DNA from: Pseudomonadota bacterium
GTDB taxonomy: Bacteria > Pseudomonadota > Alphaproteobacteria > JAAXGF01
DNA length: 43,210 nucleotides
Assembly: GCA_022563655.1 (NCBI GenBank)
Contig: JADFMW010000001.1
Coordinates: 1-43,210 of the forward strand
Direction of reading: 5' to 3'
The notes under the pieces are model-generated. The model was not told the DNA's origin and did no database searches. It was given only the letters and a program-made list of their open reading frames with translations. This document shows positions 9,033-18,482 of the stretch, piece after piece. The position numbers and the translations under genes were made by a program. The stretch's first letter is position 1. The number at the start of each line of letters is the position of its first letter.

Positions 9033-9348
9033 CCCCGGCCATGGAATTCGTGCCGGCGCCGCTTCGCCTGCGGGGGCCCGTGGCCGATCAGTGGAAGCAC
9101 GCCGGTTACGCCGAATTGTGGCGCGCCGAGGCGTGCTGTGTGGCAGCGGCGGGGGGCGCGGCTAGGCCGCGCAGTCGGTCCCAACGCTTCGCAGTGACGC
9201 GATTAAGCGGCGGAGGATCCGCTGATGGCGATCCCGGCCTGGCGCTCGGCGTCTTCCGGCGTGAACGCGCTTGACCCGGCTGGGCGCAAACCTCTAAGTG
9301 AACGCAGCGCTGCCCTGGCGCGGCGGCCGTCATCCCCAAGGCATCTGC

Positions 9349-10143
9349 ATGGACCGTCTCGAGCGCCTTGAAAACCAGAGCGTCTACATCTTCCGCGAGG
9401 CGTTCAACAAGCTCGATCGGCTGGCGATGCTGTGGTCGGTCGGCAAGGACTCGAACGTCATGACGTGGCTTGTGCGCAAGGCGTTCTTCGGCCACCTGCC
9501 GTTTCCCCTGCTGCACGTCGACACCGGCAAGAAATTCCCCGAGATGTACGCCTTCCGGGACCGCTACGCGAAGGAGTGGGGCATCAACCTCATCGTCGGC
9601 GAGTGCCCGCCGATCGAGGACATGGACGAGACGCTGCCTCCGGCGGCCCGCTCGGCGTCGCGCAAAACCGCCGGCCTCAAGGCGTTGATTGCGAAGCATG
9701 GGTTCACCGGCATCATCGCCGGCATTCGCCGCGACGAAGGGGGGACGCGGTCCAAGGAGCGCGTCTTCAGCCCGCGCGGCGAGGACGGCCAGTGGGACTG
9801 TCGCGACCAGCCGCCCGAGTTTTGGGACCAGTTCACCACCGACTTTCCGCCCCAGGCGCATGTCCGCGTCCACCCGTTGCTACAGTGGACCGAGATCGAT
9901 ATCTGGCGCTACATCGAGCGCGAGAACATTCCCATGGTCGAGCTTTACTTCGCCAAGAACGGCAAGCGCTATCGCTCTCTCGGCGACGAGGACATCACGT
10001 TCCCCGTGAACAGCACGGCGGCGACGATCGCGGAGATCATCGCCGAGCTGGAGGAGACCAAGGTGGCCGAGCGCGGCGGCCGCGCGATGGACCACGAAGC
10101 CGAGGATGCCTTCGAGCGCTTGCGCGTCGACGGTTACATGTAA
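9349..10143 (+). CDS. cysD: Sulfate adenylyltransferase subunit 2
   Basis: PAPS-reductase-like motif LWSVGKDS. Start set to the ATG at 9349 (MDRLERLENQSVYIFREAF). The stop TAA abuts the cysNC ATG (TAATG). Confidence 0.9.
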   Translation: MDRLERLENQSVYIFREAFNKLDRLAMLWSVGKDSNVMTWLVRKAFFGHLPFPLLHVDTGKKFPEMYAFRDRYAKEWGINLIVGECPPIEDMDETLPPAARSASRKTAGLKALIAKHGFTGIIAGIRRDEGGTRSKERVFSPRGEDGQWDCRDQPPEFWDQFTTDFPPQAHVRVHPLLQWTEIDIWRYIERENIPMVELYFAKNGKRYRSLGDEDITFPVNSTAATIAEIIAELEETKVAERGGRAMDHEAEDAFERLRVDGYM

Positions 10144-12143
10144 TGAGCGACGCGGCCGGCCCCGCACGGACCAAGAAGGTCCCCGCACGGACCAAGAAGG
10201 TAGAGCTCGTTCACGACGCGGCGGCGCGCCGTTCGGATGAGCGCCGCGCCACTGCGGCGCGCGAGGTCATGAACATCGTCATCGTCGGCCACGTCGCTCA
10301 CGGCAAATCGACGCTGGTCGGCCGGTTGTTCCACGACACCGGCTCGCTGCCGGAAGGCAAGGCCGAGGCGATCCGCGCCAGCTGCGAGCGCCGCGGCATG
10401 CCCTTCGAGTGGGCGTTTCTGATGGACGCGCTGCAGGCCGAGCGCGACCAGGGCGTTACCATCGACGCCGCGCATATCCGCTTCCGCACCGGGCACCGCG
10501 ATTACGTCATCATCGACGCCCCCGGTCACCGGGAGTTCGTCAAGAACATGGTTACCGGCGCCGCCAGCGCCGACGCCGCCCTGTTGGTGATCGACGCGGC
10601 CGAGGGCGTGCGCGAGCAGTCACGGCGCCACGGCTATCTGTTGCACCTGTTGGGCGTGCGCCAGGTGGCGGTGGTGATCAACAAGATGGACCTGGTGGAT
10701 TACGCCGCCGCCCGCTTCGAAGCGGTCGCCCGCGAGTGCTGCGCGTACCTCGAGCGCATCGGCGTGCACCCCACCGACGTCATTCCGGTCTCCTCCCGCG
10801 AGGGCGACAACGTCGCCCACGGCTCTGCGCGGATGGCCTGGCATGGCGGGCCGACGGTGGTCGAGGCCCTCGACGACTTCGTCGCGCCGCCCCCGCCGAC
10901 CGATCTGCCGCTTCGGCTGCCGCTGCAGGACGTCTACCGCTTCGACGACCGTCGCATTCTCGTGGGACGGGTCGAGACCGGGCGGTTTGCGGTGGGCGAC
11001 GAGCTCTTGTTCTCGCCCTCGAACAAGAGCGCGCGCGTCGCCTCGATCGAGAGCTGGAACCTCGGCTGCGTTGTCGACAATGCGCTCGCCGGCCACTCGG
11101 TGGGGATCACCCTCGACAAGCAGATCTTCGTCGAGCGCGGCGAGGTGGCCAGCCACGCGGACCGCCCGCCCATCGAGACCAACGTGTTCCGCGCCCATCT
11201 TTTCTGGCTCGGCCGGCGGCCGCTCGCGGTGGGGAACGAATACAAGCTGAAGCTCAATACCAGCGAGACACCGGTGGAGGTGCAGGCGATCGAGCGGGTC
11301 ATCGACACGCACGATCTTAGCGCCGCGCCGGCCGACCGGGTCGAGCGCTACGGCGTCGCCGAGGTGGTCCTGCGCACGCGCGGGATGCTGGCGCTGGACG
11401 AGTTCACCCACAGCCCGCTCACCGGCCGGTTCGTCCTCGTCGACGGCTACGAGATCGGCGGCGGCGGCATCATCAACATGGAGGGCTACCCCGACCAGCG
11501 CGGCTTGGTCACCGTCAAGGGGACGAACCTCACCGCCGTCGAGCGCCGGGTTTCGGCCGAGGCCCGGGCGGCGCGCAGCCACCACAGGGGGGGCGTGCTG
11601 TGGTTCACCGGTCGCCCGAGCGCGGGCAAGTCGACCCTGGCGGTCGAGGTCGAGCACCGGCTGTTCCGCAAGGGCTACAACGTGTACGTGCTCGACGGCG
11701 ATAACGTGCGCCGCGGCCTGAACGCCAACCTTGGCTTCTCGCCCGACGACCGGGCCGAGAACATCCGTCGGGTTGGAGAGGCGGCGGCGCTGTTCGCCGA
11801 CGCGGGCATCGTCTGTATCACCGCGTTCATCTCGCCGTATCGCTCTGATCGCGAGCGCGCCCGCGCCGCCAGTCAGGCCTCTGCGCCGGACGTGTTCCAC
11901 GAGATCTACATCAGGGCCGAGCTCGAGCTGTGCGAGCGGCGCGACCCCAAGGGCTTGTACAAGAAGGCGCGCAAGGGGGAGCTTAGCGATTTCACCGGCG
12001 TCTCGGCGCCTTACGAGGCGCCGGATAAGGCCGACCTGGTAATCGACACCGGCGCCGAGAACGTCGATCACTGTGCCCAGCGCATCGTCGAGTACATCGA
12101 GCGGCACTTCGCGCTCGCGGCCGGCGGCCGTTCGGGCCGATGA
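10144..12143 (+). CDS. cysNC: Bifunctional sulfate adenylyltransferase subunit 1 / adenylylsulfate kinase (NodQ-like fusion)
   Basis: GTPase motifs (GHVAHGKST, DAPGH, NKMD) are followed by an APS-kinase P-loop (GRPSAGKST) and LDGDNVR. Start is the ATG at 10144. The track ORF from 9432 is an in-frame read-through across cysD. Confidence 0.9.
10160..10201 (+). repeat. Perfect 21-bp tandem duplication inside the cysNC 5' end (CCCCGCACGGACCAAGAAGGT x2)
   Basis: Read directly. It encodes PARTKKV twice in the N-terminal extension. Confidence 0.95.
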
Positions 12144-12841
12144 GCGACCAGACCGCACCAGCCGAGCCCGACGTCGATGTCGCGGTCAACTTGGCCGCGG
12201 TCAAGGCGCGGATCGCGGCCGCCGCCAAGGCCGTGGGCCGCGCGGCCGACGACGTCACCCTGGTCGCCGTCGGCAAGGTACACGGCGCCGAGCGGATGCT
12301 CGCGGCGCTCGAGGCCGGGCATCGCGTCTTCGGCGAGAACCGAATCAAGGAGGCGGAGACCAAGTGGCCACCTCTCAAAGCGGCGTTCCCGGGTGTCGCG
12401 CTGCACCTGGTTGGGCCCCTGCAGACCAACAAGGTGCGTCAGGCGGTGGCACTGTTCGACGTCATCCAAACCGTCGACCGGACGAAGCTCGCCCGCGCGC
12501 TCGCCGACGAAATGGCGCGCGCCGGGCGGCAACTGCCCTGCTTCATCCAGGTCAACACCGGTGAGGAGCCGCAAAAGTCCGGGGTCATGCCCGCGGCGGC
12601 GGACGCGCTGATCTCGCAGTGCATCGACGAGCTCGCGCTTCCGGTCGTTGGCCTGATGTGCCTGCCGCCGATCGACGACGAGGCGTCGTTGCACTTTTCC
12701 CTGCTCGCCGATGTTGCCCGCCGCCACGGCCTCGACCGGCTCAGCATGGGGATGACCGCCGATTACGAGATCGCCGTCGCGTTCGGCGCCACCCATGTGC
12801 GTCTCGGCACCGCCGTCTTCGGCGCGCGGCCGAGGCCCTGA
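12140..12841 (+). CDS. yggS: YggS-family pyridoxal-phosphate homeostasis protein
   Basis: Family motifs are present: AVGKVH, FGENRIKEA, GPLQTNKV, IQVNTGEE, LSMGMTADY. The ATG overlaps the cysNC stop (ATGA). Confidence 0.9.
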   Translation: MSDQTAPAEPDVDVAVNLAAVKARIAAAAKAVGRAADDVTLVAVGKVHGAERMLAALEAGHRVFGENRIKEAETKWPPLKAAFPGVALHLVGPLQTNKVRQAVALFDVIQTVDRTKLARALADEMARAGRQLPCFIQVNTGEEPQKSGVMPAAADALISQCIDELALPVVGLMCLPPIDDEASLHFSLLADVARRHGLDRLSMGMTADYEIAVAFGATHVRLGTAVFGARPRP

Positions 12842-12852
12842 AAGGCCGGCCG

Positions 12853-13353
12853 TCAGCGCGGCTCGACGCAGAGCTGGGTCGTCCGGTCGCAGGCGTCGAG
12901 AATGAGCCGCAGGTTGGCCTCGCTGACCGCGACGCAGCCCAGAGTCGGGCCGAAATCGGGCCGGGCGACGTGGAGAAAGATGGCGCTGCCCCGGCCCGGC
13001 ACCACCGGGTCGTCGTTGTGGCCCAGGACGACGATGATGTCGTAGATGTGGTCGTCGCGCCATAACAGCTCGAAGCTCGCGTCGTAAGGCTGGCGGACGA
13101 GCTGGTTGTAGTGCGGGTCGCCGGGGTCGTCGCACCACACGTCGAGCGGGTGGACCGGGGCCACGGGCAGGACGGTGGTGGGATTGGCGACCCGGTCGTC
13201 GCGCCAGAGCACTCGCCGCAAGGCGAAACATCCCACCGGGGTGGCGCCGTCGCCCTCGTGCTTCGTCTTGGTTACGCCGGCGCGACCGAGAGCGCAGGGA
13301 ACGCGACGGTCGTTCCACTCGGCGGTACCGTCAGGCGTAACGATAATCTTCAT
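12853..13353 (-). CDS. L,D-transpeptidase (YkuD) fold protein without signal peptide
   Basis: Catalytic motif GSAIFLHVARPDFGPTLGCVAV (His ... Gly-Cys). The N-terminus MKIIVTPDGTAEW is not hydrophobic. Confidence 0.75.
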   Translation of the reverse strand: MKIIVTPDGTAEWNDRRVPCALGRAGVTKTKHEGDGATPVGCFALRRVLWRDDRVANPTTVLPVAPVHPLDVWCDDPGDPHYNQLVRQPYDASFELLWRDDHIYDIIVVLGHNDDPVVPGRGSAIFLHVARPDFGPTLGCVAVSEANLRLILDACDRTTQLCVEPR

Positions 13354-13376
13354 TTCAGGCGCTCGGCCGTCGTGGG

Positions 13377-14144
13377 CTAGACGATTGTGTCAAGCCTTGC
13401 CATGACTGGTTCGCGCGTGATCGGACGACGCTCGTATGTGTCGTGCGCATACCTCACATTCTCATATTTGTCGAGGGCCTGTCCCAGCACGAGCAGGACC
13501 CAGCCGGTGGCCGACTCCGCGGTGCCGAAACGCGCCGCCATGGTGGTGTAATCCTCTTGGGCTTGCGGGGTCCGCATCAGCCACGGCGGCGTCTGCGCGG
13601 GGTCGTCCTCGCGCTCATCGACGACCGGGGTCGTGGGCGCCGTGGCGCTTGCCAGGGCGACTGGCTGGCCCGCTGGTTCGGGCTCGCCCGGCTTGGCCGG
13701 CTTGGCCGGCAGGCCGGGCGCAACGGCCTGCGCGTCCCCGCTGGCGCTGGTTGCGGGGGGCTGTGTCGCCGCGGCGGTGGCGACTTGCGGTCCCGCGTCG
13801 GAGTCGTCGAACAGCGCAAGGACATGCTCGCCGATGTCCTTGCCCGTCGTGTCGGCGATGAAAGCGTTTACCATGGCGGCAACGAAGCCGAAGATGCCGC
13901 CGAACAAGGCGCCGCCGAGCACCCGCGAGCCGATCGAAATCTCGTCGCCGGTGGCCGCGCGATAGAATGTGGAGATGATCGGGAGGTGTTGCAGCGGGTT
14001 AATGAGATCGAGAAAATCGTCGAAGTTGAGACCGTCGCTGCCGAAGAAACCCTCTTCGGCCGTGTCCGCAGCCGGGACTTGCGGCGCTGGCGCGGTTACG
14101 TCGGGGTGCAGCGGAGCGGCCGAGGAATAGGGTGTCACGGTCAT
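13377..14144 (-). CDS. Hypothetical protein with Pro/Ala-rich central region
   Basis: 255-aa ORF with a conserved-looking N-terminal block (DFLDLINPLQHLPIISTFYR), one hydrophobic segment (LGGALFGGIFGFVAAMVNAF) and a low-complexity PA-rich linker. It lies 23 nt upstream of the L,D-transpeptidase-fold gene on the same strand. Confidence 0.6.
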   Translation of the reverse strand: MTVTPYSSAAPLHPDVTAPAPQVPAADTAEEGFFGSDGLNFDDFLDLINPLQHLPIISTFYRAATGDEISIGSRVLGGALFGGIFGFVAAMVNAFIADTTGKDIGEHVLALFDDSDAGPQVATAAATQPPATSASGDAQAVAPGLPAKPAKPGEPEPAGQPVALASATAPTTPVVDEREDDPAQTPPWLMRTPQAQEDYTTMAARFGTAESATGWVLLVLGQALDKYENVRYAHDTYERRPITREPVMARLDTIV

Positions 14145-14345
14145 GTCGGGTCCTTACCTGCAAATCACCAGCAAATCCGATGCCAGGGAGAACCACAAGG
14201 AGACTCAACGACTTGGCGCGTCAGCCCAGACGCCTGCTCGGCCGCAGACGGCAAATCTTGCCGGGTCGGCCCGGTCGCGGGTGCCTACCACCGCGCCGAG
14301 GACGTGCCCTTACGCGGCGCCGATGAACGGCGTTCAACGGCCTGT

Positions 14346-14393
14346 CCGGGTCGCCAACCGGGTCGCAAACCGGGTAGCAAGCCGGGCCGCGGG
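14346..14393. repeat. Imperfect 12-bp x4 tandem repeat (CCGGGTCGCCAA / CCGGGTCGCAAA / CCGGGTAGCAAG / CCGGGCCGCGGG)
   Basis: Read directly. It ends about 80 nt upstream of the response-regulator start codon, in the divergent intergenic region. Confidence 0.8.
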
Positions 14394-14472
14394 CCGTACG
14401 GCGACTGCTTTCTTGCTTACCAGAGCGTCGCGAATGCGCTATAGACATCGCAAGCGCTGATGGAGTCGAGCG

Positions 14473-15183
14473 ATGGGAAGAGGGGATCGGCCGACGACTC
14501 TGGGCAAACGAATCCTGATCGTCGACGACGACGATGCGTTGCGCCAGGCGCTCGCCGAGCAACTGCAACTGCACGAGGAGTTCGTGATCGGCGAGGCCGC
14601 TGACGGCGGCACGGCGCTCGAACGGGTCAAGGCGCATCGCTACGACCTGGTGCTGCTCGACGTCGGCCTGCCCGACATCGACGGCCGCGAGCTGTGCAAG
14701 ATCATACGGCGCGCCGGCCACAAGATGCCGATCATCATGCTGACGGCCGCCGACAGCGACGCCGACACCATTTTGGGCCTCGAGTCGGGCGCCAACGACT
14801 ACATCTCCAAGCCGTTCCGACTTGGCGTTCTGCTTGCCCGCATGCGCGCCCAGCTGCGCCAGCACGAGCAAAGCGAGGATGCCGTCTTCACCATCGGGCC
14901 ACACACCTTCCGCCCCAGCGCCAAGCTGCTGCTGGACACGGAGAACGACCGCAAAATCCGTCTCACGGAGAAGGAGACGGCGATCTTGAAGTACCTCTAC
15001 CGGGCGGGCGACAAGGCGGTGTCGCGCGAGGTGCTGCTCGACGAGGTATGGGGCTACAACGCCGCGGTCGCCACCCACACGCTCGAGACGCATATTTACC
15101 GACTGCGCCAGAAGATCGAGCGCGACCCATCGAACGCGGCGCTTCTCGTTACTGAACCCGGTGGCTACCGGCTCGTGCCCTAG
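14473..15183 (+). CDS. OmpR-family response regulator (receiver plus winged helix), CenR-like
   Basis: Receiver motifs ILIVDDD and LVLLDVGLPDIDG. The winged-helix region includes LTEKETAILKYL ... THTLETHIYRLRQKIE. The CenR assignment is from recollection only. Confidence 0.85.
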   Translation: MGRGDRPTTLGKRILIVDDDDALRQALAEQLQLHEEFVIGEAADGGTALERVKAHRYDLVLLDVGLPDIDGRELCKIIRRAGHKMPIIMLTAADSDADTILGLESGANDYISKPFRLGVLLARMRAQLRQHEQSEDAVFTIGPHTFRPSAKLLLDTENDRKIRLTEKETAILKYLYRAGDKAVSREVLLDEVWGYNAAVATHTLETHIYRLRQKIERDPSNAALLVTEPGGYRLVP

Positions 15184-15336
15184 CCCGGTCCCGGTGGGCA
15201 CCACGCCTGAGGTCGATCGCGGCCCGCGCCCACGGAAGCGGTCCGGCCAGGGCGGTTTCAGGTTTCGCGACAAGCCTCTTTGGGGCAAACTAGAACGGCG
15301 TTACTGGCCGCTCGGAGAGGGCGGAGAACGGGTTTG

Positions 15337-16167
15337 GTGACAAACGATGACTTTTACGTCCGCTTCTGGGGCGTGCGCGGCAGCATGCCGTGTCCCGGCG
15401 TGGCAACCGAGCGCTACGGCGGCAACACCTCGTGCCTCGAGATCCGCTGCGGCGGGCGTCTGATTATCCTAGACGGGGGCACCGGCCTGCGCCCCTTCGA
15501 CCGGGCGCTGGCCGCCGACGGGCCGCTCGACGCCGACATGTTTTTCAGCCACGCCCATCTCGACCACATCTGCGGCTGGCCGTTTTTCACGAGCTTGCTC
15601 AGGCCGCAATCGTCTCTCACGGTGTCGGCCGGACACCTGTTGCCCGACCATACCATCGAGCAAGTGCTTGCCGGACTGTTGCGCGATCCGTTTACGCCGG
15701 TGCGTCCCGACCGGGTGCGCGCACGCATTACCTACCATGACTTTCACGCCGGCGAGACGCTCGAGCCGCGGCCCGGCATCAGGCTGCGCACGGCGCCGCT
15801 CAACCATCCGCAAGGGGCCACCGGCTATCGCGTCGAGTACGGCGGGCGGGCGATCTGCTACCTCACCGATACCGAGCACGTCCCCGGCGCCGCGGATCGG
15901 AACATCCTGGGTTTGATCGCCGGCGCCGACATGGTGATCTACGACTCGACCTACACCGACGAAGAGTTCCCCGGCTACGTGAACTGGGGACACTCCACGT
16001 GGCAGGAGGGGGTGCGGCTGTGCGACGCCGCGGGCGTCAAGACGTTCGTCGTCTTTCACCACGAGCCCGACCACGGCGACGACTTCATGGACAGGGTCGC
16101 CGCCGACGTCGAGCGGGCGCGCCCGGGTTCGGTCGTCGCGCGCGAGGGGATGACGCTCAGGCCGTGA
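15337..16167 (+). CDS. MBL-fold metallo-hydrolase
   Basis: HxHxDH motif (SHAHLDHICG) and N-terminal VRFWGVRGSMPCPG...GGNTSCLEI. Start set to the GTG at 15337, downstream of GGAGAGGG. The TTG at 15280 is also possible. Confidence 0.8.
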   Translation: MTNDDFYVRFWGVRGSMPCPGVATERYGGNTSCLEIRCGGRLIILDGGTGLRPFDRALAADGPLDADMFFSHAHLDHICGWPFFTSLLRPQSSLTVSAGHLLPDHTIEQVLAGLLRDPFTPVRPDRVRARITYHDFHAGETLEPRPGIRLRTAPLNHPQGATGYRVEYGGRAICYLTDTEHVPGAADRNILGLIAGADMVIYDSTYTDEEFPGYVNWGHSTWQEGVRLCDAAGVKTFVVFHHEPDHGDDFMDRVAADVERARPGSVVAREGMTLRP

Positions 16168-16192
16168 GCGCGCGGCGCCTGGGGCTGGAGCG

Positions 16193-17029
16193 ATGATCCG
16201 GCGCCGCCTGGGCTTCGGTCTTGCCACGGTCCTCGGGATCGCCCCGCGCGGCTTTTTTATTCCGTACCGCCACGCCGGTAAGCTTCCGCCGCCCGGCGCC
16301 CGCCCGCCGTACGTAGCCGTGGCCGCCCAGCTGCGCCGGCACGAGCGCGACTTCCGGCTGGTGGTCTCACGGCTCGAGGATTACGCGGACGCCCTGCGCG
16401 CCATCGGCCGCGACGCCCCGCCCGCGCCGCGCTGGGACCAGGACTGGTTTCCCCGGCTCGACGCGGCGGTGGCTTACGCCTTGGTGCGCCGCGCCGCGCC
16501 GCGCCGCATCGTCGAGGTCGGCTCCGGCCATTCGACCCGCTTCCTCGCCCGCGCCGTCGCCGACGGCGGCCATGCCACCCGGATCACCGCGATCGACCCG
16601 GCGCCGCGCGCGGCGCTCTCCGACCTCGCGGTTGAGATCATCCGCGCGCCGCTGCACCAAGTCGGCGACACGCCCTTCACCGAGCTGAGCGCGGGCGACG
16701 TGCTGTTTATCGATTCGAGCCATATCCTGATGCCGGGAACCGACGTCGACCAGTTGTTGAACCACGTATTGCCGGCGTTGCCCGCGGGGGTTCGGGTGCA
16801 CTTCCACGATGTCTTCCTGCCCGACGACTACCCGTCCGAGTGGGCGTGGCGCGGCTACAACGAGCAGCTCGGCGTCGCCGCCCTGGTCCATGGGGGCGGC
16901 TACCGGCCGCTGTTCGCCAGTCACTACGTGACGACGCGCCTGGCGGACGCGCTCAACGGCGGCATTATCGCCGAGCTGCCGCGCGTGCAGGGGGCGCGCG
17001 AGTCAAGCCTGTGGCTCGAGAAGCTTTGA
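16193..17029 (+). CDS. Class I SAM-dependent methyltransferase-fold protein
   Basis: Motif I-like IVEVGSGHSTRFLA and FIDSSH. 278-aa ORF. Confidence 0.6.
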   Translation: MIRRRLGFGLATVLGIAPRGFFIPYRHAGKLPPPGARPPYVAVAAQLRRHERDFRLVVSRLEDYADALRAIGRDAPPAPRWDQDWFPRLDAAVAYALVRRAAPRRIVEVGSGHSTRFLARAVADGGHATRITAIDPAPRAALSDLAVEIIRAPLHQVGDTPFTELSAGDVLFIDSSHILMPGTDVDQLLNHVLPALPAGVRVHFHDVFLPDDYPSEWAWRGYNEQLGVAALVHGGGYRPLFASHYVTTRLADALNGGIIAELPRVQGARESSLWLEKL

Positions 17030-17116
17030 GCCGTATGGGCCCGTCTTCACGCGATGCCGGCGCGGCGGAAGGCCGGGCTTGGGTATAATGGGGGCGATGC
17101 CGAGGGATCTGATGAC

Positions 17117-18466
17117 ATGCTGAGCGGGCTGCAGCGGCGAGTGTTCGGCGCCGCCGCGACGGGGCGCCTGCCCGAGCGCATCGTGGCCGACATCCGAAAA
17201 GAACAGGAACAGAGCGAAATCCTGATCGGTTGGGTTCAGCTCGTCGGCGTGGTGATGTTCGCCGTCGTCTACACGATCGCACCGAAGACGTTCGATCCGG
17301 CGAAAACCTTCGCGCCGGTCCCGTGGGCGCTCGGTTTCTACTTTGCCTTCACGCTGGTTCGCTTGTTCCTGGCGTTCCGGAGGCGCTTGCCGAGTTGGAT
17401 GGTCGTGCTCTCGGTCATCATCGACATGACCGTCCTTTTGCTCACGATATGGAGCTTTCACCTGCAATACATGCAGCCGCCGGGGTTCTCGCTCAAGGCG
17501 CCCACGCTGCTCTACATCTTCATCCTCATCGCGCTCAGGTCGCTGCGCTTCGAGGCGCGGTACGTGGTGCTCGCCGGCGCCGTCGCCGTGATCGGCTGGC
17601 TCACCTTGCTGGGCTATGCGTTGTTCAGCGGTCCGATGAGCGACACGATCACCCGCGACTACGTCCACTACATCACCTCGTCGAGCATCCTGATCGGCGG
17701 CGAGGTCGACAAGATCCTCTCGATAGTCATGGTGACGGCGATCTTGGCGATAGCGCTGGTGCGGGCGCGGCGGCTGCTGATTCGCTCGGCCAGCGAGCAC
17801 GCGGCCGTGACCGACCTGTCGCGCTTCTTCGCGCCCGAGGTGGCGCGCCAGATCACCGGCTCCGAGCACGGCGTGCGCCCCGGTCAGGGGGAGATGCGCG
17901 AGGCCGCTATCCTCTACCTCGACATCCGCGGCTTCACGTCACTCGCGCACCAGCTGCCGGCTGACGACGTGATGGCGCTGCTGGCCGAGTACCAAGCGCG
18001 CATGGTGCCGATCATCCAGCGCCACGGCGGCAGCATCGACAAGTTCCTCGGCGACGGCATCATGGCCACCTTCGGCGCCGCCATGAAGACCTCGACTTAC
18101 GCGGCCGATGCGATGCGCGCCGCCTTAGCCCTGCTCGAGACGGCTGACGAGTGGAATCGCGAGCGCGCCGCGGCCGGGGCGGTTGCCCTCAGGATGGGAG
18201 TGGGCATTGCCGTCGGCTCGGTGGTGTTTGGCGCGGTGGGCGATTCGACCCGGCTCGAGTTCACCGTGATCGGCGACGCCGTGAACCTGGCGGCGAAGCT
18301 CGAGAAGCACACCAAGGTCGAGAACGTGCGCGCGTTGACTGCGGTGGCGGCGCTCCGTCTCGCTCGCGAGCAGGGTTACGCGCCGCCGGCGGACCACGAG
18401 ATCCGGTCGGGGCACGCCGTGGAAGGCATCGCAGACCCCCTCGACCTCGTGGTGCTCGCGGGCTGA
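17117..18466 (+). CDS. Membrane-anchored class III adenylate/guanylate cyclase
   Basis: Several N-terminal hydrophobic helices are followed by the cyclase catalytic core (AILYLDIRGFTSLAH, FLGDGIMATFGA, VIGDAVNLAAKLE). Start set to the ATG at 17117 after GAGGGA. Confidence 0.85.
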   Translation: MLSGLQRRVFGAAATGRLPERIVADIRKEQEQSEILIGWVQLVGVVMFAVVYTIAPKTFDPAKTFAPVPWALGFYFAFTLVRLFLAFRRRLPSWMVVLSVIIDMTVLLLTIWSFHLQYMQPPGFSLKAPTLLYIFILIALRSLRFEARYVVLAGAVAVIGWLTLLGYALFSGPMSDTITRDYVHYITSSSILIGGEVDKILSIVMVTAILAIALVRARRLLIRSASEHAAVTDLSRFFAPEVARQITGSEHGVRPGQGEMREAAILYLDIRGFTSLAHQLPADDVMALLAEYQARMVPIIQRHGGSIDKFLGDGIMATFGAAMKTSTYAADAMRAALALLETADEWNRERAAAGAVALRMGVGIAVGSVVFGAVGDSTRLEFTVIGDAVNLAAKLEKHTKVENVRALTAVAALRLAREQGYAPPADHEIRSGHAVEGIADPLDLVVLAG

Positions 18467-18482
18467 GGCGGCGGGTGCGGCC

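Noticed and set aside
10620-12158. 512-aa minus-strand ORF antisense to cysNC, plus several other ORFs inside 9.4-12.2 kb
   Set aside because: The cysNC frame carries clear GTPase and APS-kinase motifs. The antisense and off-frame products are low-complexity Arg/Ala/Pro strings.
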